The notes beneath the pieces were generated by a model. That model saw nothing but the letters and a program-made list of their open reading frames with translations, was not told where the DNA came from and searched no databases. From Lingula anatina (lineage: Eukaryota; Animalia; Brachiopoda), in contig CM120640.1 of assembly GCA_051362555.1 (NCBI GenBank), positions 63,218,788 to 63,282,787 on the forward strand: a stretch of 64,000 nt of DNA, written 5' to 3'. This document shows positions 54,001 through 64,000 of the stretch, one piece after another; the first letter of the stretch is position 1; the number at the start of each line of letters is the position of its first letter. Made by a program: the position numbers and the translations under genes.

Positions 54001-57000
54001 GCTATTATGACTGAACTTCACAATTCATCATCTCTAGTATAAACCATGACTTTGTCAATACTTTAGTAGACAGTGCACCTTTGTACCTTGCTGATTAAGG
54101 TAAAAGTGCTTTGTAATTTCCTTTTTTTTTCCAAAGGAAGGTCTAATGCATCTAACTCACTTTTAAGCCATATAACACAGATCAAAAATATTGGTAATTG
54201 AGTGTTACTTGGATATTCTAATGTACTGTTAAACTGGCTTCATGAGTCCTAATGGTATAAAAGCTAAGATTAACAAACCCTTGCAGATGTAACAGAATAA
54301 ATTGGAAACATTTGCATGAGGCTTCATCAACCTATAATTGCAGAATGATCTCAGTACACTTGTTTTTGTTCACTTTCAATAAAGCATTGATGCTTCATCT
54401 ACTAAACAATGCCTTTATGATAAGTCATTATTTTTCAAATTAATTTTAATGTTATTATTCTGTTGTTTTGTGGATGGATCATTATATCTTTCCATTTTAT
54501 TTATTTTATTACATCTGCACAGAATTTTTTAATTTCAAAATTCAAACTTTCATGCTTTTAATGTTTCTAATATGTTTAGCCTATGTGGTAGTTCCAAGAC
54601 ATTTTGAACCCTATTGCATGACAAAACTGCTTTTTTGTGGCAAAATTAACCTATGAAATTCATTATCATCAATATTTATAAAAAAGAAGATTCTGCATGA
54701 ACTATATACACATTTATTTCTCTGTTCAATAATTTTGACCACACCTAAACATATTGAGGAGAGGGTATAGTATTTAAGTGGATAGATATTAGTGTTTACA
54801 ACTGAGATGTTGCAGTCATGAGTTTTATCCAAAAACCTTGATCATACTCATCATTTTGAGTATTATAAATCCTGTTTCTGTTCTTAATTTTGTGTCACAA
54901 AAAATTTGTCAATTTTATGTTTTTTAAAATCATTCTTTGGACTGTCATAATTGCCTCTTGTTGATTACTTTATTGGCAACATTTCAGAAAGAGCGTGTGG
55001 TTCACTACTCTGTGAACTTTGATGGAATTGATGACAGAGGGAAAACAAAACTGACTGTAGATGACACATTCAAAAGCCGAGTAAGTAGCCTTAAGTGCCT
55101 GTAAATCTGTAAAACATTACGTACTAAAAAAGTGAAATTTTTAAATTAAAATTTCTGTATTATATGTGAGGAAATGTCATGAGTTATTTAAAAAATGAAT
55201 ATCTGAAAACGTGTGTTCTCTCTGCACATCCAGGTAAAAGAGTTTTTCAAAGAACGTATAGACATGCAATATCCAAAAGGGGAGCTTCAAGAGGTAACTC
55301 AGGACAAATATCTTCAAGCCAGGAATGCTCATGAGGCTTTCATGAAGGAAAAAGCAGAAATTGTATTAGGCAGAGATGCTCTAGTACAACAGGTATGGCA
55401 TTGGGAAAATTGTTAATTAACATAGCATATTAGTATGAATAGACAACGGGTTTATTTTTTAACAGCAGTTCTGTTGAAAGTTTTGAATTATCTAATAGTC
55501 TGATGTAATAGTTTTTTTTCCAATAATGTAATGTTTTTATTCAAAATGGAATAATTGTGTGCACGTGTTAAATGACAATTACTTATTGAAGTTTTATTTC
55601 ACATACATCTAAGGTGTCGCTCTTGGAAAATTACAAATGACTAACAGCAACAATTTTTTAAATGATTAGTAGAAATGATGATACTATAAGGAACATTGAT
55701 ATCTGTAGTCCTTGGAGTCAAAAGCTTCTGTAGCTGGTCATCACACCGTATCCTTAAGACCAGTAATCTTGATAGCATCACACTTTAGTACAGTTTTTAC
55801 ATTTATTTAGATAACGGAGCACCTTGAAAATGGTGATGTGGATGTCCCAATGCTTATACTTGGAGACCCAGGTTCAGGAAAATCATCTGTGATGGCTAGA
55901 GTAGCAGATACAATGGATGAAAAGGCCCGCAAGAACGAAATCCCTGGGTATGTTATATGCTTGTACCACAGTTGCAGTGTTTGTTACTTGTGGGCATTAT
56001 GACAAGGCATAGACCTTGCTTTTAGATGATTAATATTCAGTGTGTAAAAGATAAACCTGAATTTCTCTTTATTGACTAATTCAGACTCTTTATTGACTAA
56101 TTTAGATGAACCAAATAGCTTGTTAATTCCAATTTCACATGTTTTAGATGGTGGCAAGAATATGCAGCCATTGGTATTTGATAGGTTGTGAGTAGTGAAG
56201 ACCAATATATTGAAGAAAAAAAATTGTTTGTATAATTAAAGGGTAAGGGACAAGATGCGTTGGAGTGTATTCTACCACTTTGTTGGTGCAGTCCCTGGTT
56301 CCACTGATGCAGAACAGATGATTAGAAGGCTACTCAAAGAACTGGATATTGTTAAGGTGGGTATATTTTATTTTCTTTCAGTCAGTTCTTATTTACACAG
56401 GTACATCATATGAAATTTTAGTTAAAACAAATCTGTGCATGTAAATTGCATATATGAAACATGTAAAGCTCATCTCACTGTCTTGGCAATCATTGTCGGT
56501 TGTCAAGCTAGAGCCAAATGTGAAAAAAAAACTAGAGATTTCAGATCTTTTAATTCAGTTTTGTTCTCATTAAAATGAAGAAGCTTAGTGACTGACTTTG
56601 CATATACTACTTCCACGACTGCTCTTGTTTCTTCCAATGTTTTTCATCATGTGGGGATTTGAATTATATCTTTTACTCTCTATCTTCAGGAAGAAAGTCA
56701 GATGCCCAAGGACCTAGAAGCAGCATGCCAGCTGTGCATGAGTGTGTTGTCAAACACAGAAACTAAACCTGTCATCCTAGTAATTGATGCCTTGAATCAG
56801 GTGGGTTTAGTTCTACATTCCTTCTACAAACTACACATAAACTTCTATTGTAAACATTCCAGATTCATTGTGTTTCTCATTTCTTGTGAAAAAAAGTGCT
56901 ATATAGACCTTTTGCAGTGACATCACTTGTCGGAAAATTACGATAGAGAAGTGCCCATACGTAGCTATATCTGTATTGTGCACAATTTAGCTTTTAACTT

Positions 57001-60000
57001 TTATAAACCTATGGGAACATATTATAATGTAACACATTGCCCTTCCATCTGTCTATTTCGCCATATGTTTATCCATCAGTTAGGACATCACATGCAAAAA
57101 GCCTTAGTCTAAGAAAAAGGCAAGAAATGTGAACATATATTGTTCATATCATATTCTTCTCATGAAGGCATCATTATTAAACACAGTAATGGTCACATGT
57201 GTGTTCTATAACTTTTCAGTCTCTTAGGTTGCTCACCATTATATTTTCATTTTTCTAGGTATGTATTATAATGTTCAGAGATACACAGTGTGAACTAAAT
57301 TATATTGCTTTTTACTCCTAGTTGGATGATGACCCAGAGGCTTTGAACATGACTTTCATCCCGCAGAAACTAGCCCCATACGTACGCTGTGTGTTTTCTA
57401 TGATCCCGGGAACACCACAGCACAAGACCTTGATAAGCAGAGAGAGTAAACCCAAGGAAGTATTTGTACAACCTCTGGATATTGCTGCTAGGGAGGTAAG
57501 GTCTATAACTGGATTATGATGCCCAATGGTTCCCCTTTCTTAGAATTTTCTGCCTCTCATTTGCCCACTTTACTTTAATCATATTTTCACCTTTGGAAAA
57601 TCCGTATCTAATTCATTATGTTAGATTTGGCTTGGTGTTTTTGTTACTTACATGACATAACATATCAGGGGATTTCATTGTAAGATACATTGTCACTTGC
57701 TTCCGAAATATTCTGCAGAAATATATTAATTCATTTCTCCAATTCATTTTATTCTTTATAGCAAATAATAGACACTTTCTTCGCAACCTTCAACAAACAG
57801 TTAGACAGAATCCAGTTTTCACGTCTGATGGGCAAGAAAGCAACTGACAACCCACTTTGGCTGTCAATTGCTCTGGAGGAACTGCGTGTGTATGGGGACT
57901 TTGGAGGAGTCACAGATAAAATTGACAGTCTCAAAGAAGACCTGCTTGGGTGAGATGACATATTTATACCTGCATTTAGAATTAGTAAATAATATTATTT
58001 TTATATGAAGACCTCAAGTTAGTTGCATTCTGACACATGAAGTGTTAGAATGTTAAGAAAAGTTTGTCTAAGAGTTGTTTACAAGGTGTATTCAAAGTGA
58101 AGAAACTTATGATATGAAAATAAAAAATTGAAGGAGTCTTATGATATGAAAATAAACACAAACATTGTGGGTCTAATTGCAGACTGCTGGGCCAGGTCCT
58201 GGAGAGATTTGAGGCTGAGACAGGGGGTAGTCTATTGGTAGCCACTCTGTGTATGATTGAGGTGTCCAAAGGGGGTCTTTTGGAATCAGAGTTGCTTTTA
58301 TTGCTGGCAGATGAGGAAAATCTGATGCCTCCTGAAGAAGCTGAAGCAACTGAAAAAGGTGAAACACTGTATATCCGTAAACAGTTGGATGAATTTTCTA
58401 TTACAAAATTAGTGATATAAATTCACCTATTTAGTATTTATACTCTGAAATTTATATTTTTGAAGATGATGCTTTTTTCACTGATGATCAAAATTTAATT
58501 TTGCAGAATTTAGAGATTGATAGCTGTATTAGATATCCCTCATTGGGCAAGGAAATCAGTTAGTTTAGAAATTGATTAGATTATATATATAAATTTTGTC
58601 ACAAATCAAATGCCAATTGGCTTTACTTGTTTATTCACACATTTTGTTCAATAAAGCAGACAAATGCTGTTGCATTTATAGTCTATTAGAATTTAGTTGA
58701 AGTATTAGAATAACATTGCCAAATAATTGTTTACAGGAGACAAGGAAGCATCTGAAAAAAAGCAAAACTCCACAGATGTGCTGCCCTATTTCAAATGGGC
58801 ATCAGTGTACAGGGTATTGAGGCCATTCCTCCGTCCATATGGCCAGAGTGGGGAGGGCAGACTGGACTTCTACCACAGGTCACTAAGCAAAGCCATCAGG
58901 CAGAAGTAAGTTATGACCAGTGTGTTAGAATACCTGACATTGAACATTTTAAGGCATTTTGAGGTTTAATCATTTGTAAGGCAGCTATGTTTGTGTTTAC
59001 TTAATTTATGGCTTGCATCAAGGCCTTCATACCAGAGAAACTTGCATTTGATTCATAATGTAGACTTTTAGAAGGTATGGCTAATTATCTGTCTGTCAGG
59101 TAAAATATTGTTAGATATGCAATGAGTCCTGTTGAGAGTAATGAATCATTGGCATAAAAGCTGTTTAAGAATTGCAAAACCTAATGTTTATTATTTTAAG
59201 ATTATAATACTTACTTACTGATCACTAAATGTTACATTTACCAACTGCTGTCTTTCTACACTGTGAATGTAGTCATGAGGCACACACATAAAAAATATAG
59301 CACAGATAACAACGAGGTACAAAAATTTAAGTGTCCCCAGGATACTGCATAGTTTTGATGAGACATGTCCTAATTAAACAAGGTTATGTCCTGTCTTGAT
59401 AGATACTTTGGTGGCCAGGACGAAAAAACCAATGATGGAAAGGTGAAACTCTGGTATGATTGGTGGCATGGAAAATTGGCAGACTTTTTCATGAAGACTG
59501 ATAATATTGAGAGGAAAGTAGAGGTAAGTATTAAGACTTTAACTCTGAAACATTAAAGAAACAATACTGAATGTCTTCTGTGCTGTGTAACAAAGTATTT
59601 TTATTGATATATGTTGATTAAGGGTACCCTGTAGCTCACATTTAAAAATCATGTAACTGTTCCCACTCCAGGAGCTACCATTTCACCTGATCAAACTGGG
59701 AGACAAGGAGAGGCTGGCCACCGTGTTGACAGACTGGCAGGTGTTTGATATGCTCTACCATGAGGAGTGGAGTACTGCACTGAATGCTTACTGGAGAAAT
59801 GTGAGTGAACACTGTAGCATTGTCTTTCTTCTCTAGTGCCCCCCTCCCTCCTTATCTCTACCTCCTGCCCCCTCACAAGGAGAGGGTGCAGGGAATATGG
59901 GTGTGGTAATGGTATGTTTAATATGTATGTATATTATTAATAATAATAGTAATATTTATGTTACGTTATGTATGAAAAAAACCTCAGTAGATATGACTAC

Positions 60001-61949
60001 ATAAATGTTTTTGCATGGGTGTGAGGGTTATTTTTTATTCTGTTTTATATGACTACATTGTCTGTGGCATTTGGATGCATTGAGACAATGACTTTCATTG
60101 ACTTGATTTCTTTTTACAGGCTGGAGGCAAAGATCAGATTAAGTACTGCTACATTGAAGCTGTCAGAAATGATGAAAATTCCCCAGAATTCAGTGAAAGT
60201 CAGATGGCTCTGAGATATGAAAGAGTGGCAAGGATATTGTAAGCTCATTTAAACTTGGTTTTTGTTTATACTGAATTAATATAATTCATTAAACTCATTT
60301 TAATATTTTCATCATATTTCATTGTGCCAATTTAGTTTTTATTAAGAAGTCTCATGTAAACATTTTCTTTTACACATGTATCCAAACAGTGAACATTAAC
60401 TATTTCGGCTATTACATGTTCGACTCTGTATTTCAGTGTCCAAGCTGGCCTCTATGATGAGGGTCAAGCTCTGGCAGAAAAGGCCATTAAGTTAGAAGAG
60501 ACAGTGTTGGGAAAACGGCCCGAGAGAATGGCTTCACTTTGTGGCCTCATGTCTCATGTGTGGGATCAGGTAACTTTTTGAGAATAAAATTTAAGATTAT
60601 AAAGAAGCATCCCTTTTTTCTTCTTTTCTGGTTATTATATTTTTTAAGTATTTTTTGTATAATCATTGGTTATTTTTATTGCAAAATGGAAAAAAAAACC
60701 GTTATACCTTTGTTCATGCTGATTAAAATTCTGCTGTCCTTTTTTTAATTATAGAAATGCAAATTGCATGAATTTATCATGTTGAATCAGAAAGGAGAGA
60801 CTTGGAACACAATTTCATGGGGCTTCAAAAGTATTGACTACCTCAAACCCCTGGCTGATGCTTCTGAGGAAACAAAGGTAATCCGAAAGAAACATTGAGA
60901 AAATAAGATTCATCTAGGAAACTATTTGCCATAATTTTATTAAAAAGTAACTTAAGTGAATATCTGTTAATTTTCAAACTATTTTTGTCTTAAATTTGAG
61001 TGTATTAATGTATGAATTCCAGTTTAAAATGGCTATTGAAATGATGAGAGTGTCCTTCTCCCTGTCTACCTGGATCACTCTAGGGGGCAGCCCCCAGCTC
61101 TCTCCCACTGAGGCCCGCAAACTGGGCAATGAATACCTGGCAGATGCAAAGAATGTGTTTAAATCGGTATGTTCTGTTTGAGCTTATGTACATGTGTGCA
61201 CCCAACAACACTATCTGATGATTTTAAAACCTTTGTAAGCATCTGTTTGTAAGCATAGTTTGTCTGTGCAAGTTCTTCACTGTTTGCATTCTGTATCAGA
61301 TGTTTTGCCCTTGGTCAAAAACTGCATAGCAAACGTACACATATAGAAAGAGAAAGTTGGAGGGAGAAAACTGAAAAGAAATGGATTTTCACATTGTTCC
61401 ATTCTGATTACAGAGAAATGATATTGGGAAACTAGCTGAAGCAGTGATGACCCAAGCTATATTGATGGGATCTGCCAAGACAGAACAGATCAAGGTAAAG
61501 TCTTTATCTACCTTTGTTTACTATGTTTTAACTTGGACTTTTTATGTAAGTCAAACAAGTTGGCATTGTTATGTTAGAGAAAACAAAAAGTAAAATCCCT
61601 CTGACATTTTGCTAAGTTTGCCTCTTACAATAAATATGTAAAATGCATTTTATTATATTTCTTAAAGCTTTATGAGGAAGCTGCCAAACTCTGCGTCCAG
61701 GCGTACGGGGACAAATGTGTTTTAGCAGCACGACTGAAAATCAACACTGGCATCTACTGGGAAGAAATCGGCAATTACTACAAGGCATATGAGTTTTTCA
61801 GGAATTATGCTTTGATTTGTGAAGAGGTTATGGGGCCTGAAAATCCAAAGACCATACGAGGCTGGAACATCCTGAATGAGAGTACATACAAAGCTATAGC
61901 CCAGGAACTGGGACACAACAACCAACCATACACTGAAGTTGAGGACTAG
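50653..61949 (+). CDS. DUF4062-NACHT-TPR STAND protein (TEP1/NPHP3/NWD-like architecture), about 1038 aa, N-terminal acylation motif
   Basis: 22 exons join in frame (3117 nt): 50653-50862, 51060-51128, 51495-51601, 52047-52180, 52533-52675, 54988-55080, 55234-55392, 55811-55947, 56242-56356, 56690-56800, 57322-57495, 57762-57949, 58183-58358, 58737-58905, 59403-59523, 59672-59800, 60120-60238, 60437-60569, 60755-60877, 61023-61166, 61414-61494, 61668-61949. Motifs MGCGAS, RIFVSSTFKDFNAERE, DLRWGV, Walker A GDPGSGKS, Walker B LVIDALNQ, NPLWL, FYHRSL, and a TPR-like end (EEVMGPENPKT). Confidence 0.9.
50957..51031. repeat. (ATT)n microsatellite
   Basis: Direct reading. Confidence 0.93.
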
Positions 61950-62640
61950 AGGAAAAAATCTTTTTAGAGATAAAATGTATCTTTGTTTGTACAAGAAGTG
62001 TCCAGAAAATGTATGAGCTGACTACTTACTATGCTTTTTAATGCATTGATTCAGGGAAATATTAAGAAGTGACCATGAATCTACAGTGGTGATGTCTCTT
62101 GGATGTATCTGTGATAGTGAAAGAAGAAAGTCACCTAATACTCACTGATACTCTGGTCATAAAATTATGCCAACATAGAACTGAACAAGCTTTATTCTAG
62201 TGAAACACAGTTGATGCAATTCTGTATATTTACAAGCTGTGGTTAAAACCGCGGACTTAACAATGGGCACACTTGAAACATAACTGCATTTTTACCCTCT
62301 GAAATACTCTATTGTTACAGCACTTAATGTGTCAGAAATTAATTTTATGTTTTGAAGTTATTTTGGTTATGTAAATTAGGGATTTGTTGGTTTTGACACA
62401 CATTGTTGAGACATGAGATGTCATGTTCAAATCATGAATTGCACTTAATTTTAATACCACTACTGAAATATGAATGTGATTTTGATTTAAGAATTTATGT
62501 AAATGATATCAAACTTACTGATTATCTATATGGAGTTTTAATATATGTGTGTTAAGTGTAGATGTTGTTACAACTTGGTCCTTCTACATAGAAGTGTTTA
62601 AAAATACCAGTGAAAATGTATATAACCTTATCTGTGATAA

Positions 62641-64000
62641 TATTATTGTACCACCAGCGTTAGCGCTGGCGGTACACATGGTTTCGGTCCCGTCCGGATC
62701 GTTCCGCCGGCTCCGCCGGCTCCGTTGGCTCCGCCGGATGGCTACCGTTACCGCTTCTCCTCCTAGACGGTAAGGGCCCCCGTACCCATCTCATGGATTT
62801 AGGTCACCTATAATCTCAACTCGTTCCACGTAAAATTTGGGCTTTGTCGGTATTGGGGTCTGGGTGTGGCACTCATTGCAATGCACCCTTGTCTAAAAAT
62901 GGCAAAATTAAATGCTAATTATCTACCCTACGGAAGGAGTTATGGGAAAAATTTCTATAGACAGCTTTCCAAAAGTCATATGTGTAGATTTCAAATATAC
63001 CCTTGGATTTGACCTTTGACCTTTACTTCAAGGTCAAATGGGCCAAAATTTTCAAAAAAATGAAATTTTTTACGAAAAAAATTTTTTTTGCCCTGTTTTT
63101 CAGACACCACACAGACTTAACCAATAATATTATTGGAAAGTGTTACCCTTCAGGTCATCTTTCATCTCCATGAATTTGGGGTCAATCGGTGCATTTTCAC
63201 GGGAGTAGCGGCCATAAGATACCGAAACTGAAAACTGTCTCTAATTCGGGAACCGTTAATGCTAGAGACCCATTCTTTTTAGCATTTTGTAGAGCATGTA
63301 AAGCCCAACACTGGAGGTGGTCTCGGTTTTTTTGTATTCCATACGGTTTTCGAGTTACGCTGTATCAAAAAGTACATATTAGTGGTAAAAGCAAAATGTG
63401 CAGTACGGTAATGGATAATAAATTTTGAACTCTGGAAAAATAAAACATAAGGCTTGGCAAAGCAGACAACTTGTGTTCAAAAATGACATTATTTCATCAA
63501 ATTTGAACTTCTGAAACTTCAGAGCACCTCCTATTTCAAGAATTTTGACCAAAATGACATTTTCTTTATTTTAATTAATTTTTTCTGTACGAAATTTAAG
63601 GCACATTATGGTAACTCCAAAATTATAACATTTAGTCCCTTATATCTCCAAAACTGGCAGAGATAGGTCCATAGTTACTATTGAAGTTGAATAGGAAGTC
63701 ATATACTGGCAATCTTCCTATGACCTTGAAAGTGACCTTTGACCTACTTTTCACCATGAACTGAACTTTGCAAATTTTTCTTCCCTTTTATCTCCAAAAC
63801 TGGCAGAGATAGGTCCATAGTTACTATTGAACTTGAATAGGAAGTCATATACTGGCAATCTAAATGTGACCTTAAAATTGACCTTTGACCTACTTGAAAT
63901 TTGCTTCCCTTTTATCTCCAAAACTGGCAGAGATAGGTCCATAGTTACTATTGAAGTTGAATAGGAAGTCATATACTGGCAATCTTCCTATGACCTTGAA
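62641..64000 (+). mobile_element. Helentron/HINE-like element (partial) with 5' hairpin, microsatellite and internal tandem repeats
   Basis: Hairpin GTACC-A-CCAGCG-ttag-CGCTGG-C-GGTAC (62648-62675), (ggctccgcc)n, tgacct motifs, and repeats anchored at tatctccaaaactggcag (63643, 63789, 63913) running off the window. Confidence 0.7.

Noticed and set aside
50653-61949. Calling this gene TEP1 or NPHP3
   Set aside because: It lacks the TROVE and WD40 regions of TEP1 and the long N-terminal coiled coil of NPHP3. Only the DUF4062-NACHT core is shared.

Overview
AT-rich, intron-containing animal genomic DNA, probably a mollusc or other lophotrochozoan (inferred from repeat types and protein style). 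It is not prokaryotic, so most of the six-frame ORF track is noise or single exons. Manual splicing gives seven complete genes and the start of an eighth: a partial unknown gene at the left edge (-); an uncharacterised coiled-coil protein with a C-terminal SxIP motif (+, 13 coding exons); MEK1/2 (-) with a duplicated, apparently mutually exclusive exon pair in the proline-rich insert; RPL17 (+), head-to-head with MEK across a tiny promoter; a secreted F5/8-type + GH-A glycoside hydrolase with an uninterrupted CDS (-); an intron-containing histone H1 (-); an intronless ZIP zinc transporter (-); and an N-acylated DUF4062-NACHT-TPR STAND protein (+, 22 coding exons). MEK intron 9 holds a 7.06-kb P-like DNA transposon (perfect 34-bp TIRs, 7-bp TSD). 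It encloses a decayed 5.2-kb Kolobok-like element, which in turn contains LINE and MITE fragments. Other repeats: a Rex1/Babar-like LINE, two Helentron/HINE-like elements, MITEs and microsatellites. All exon boundaries and family calls were made by eye and need RNA-seq and HMM confirmation.
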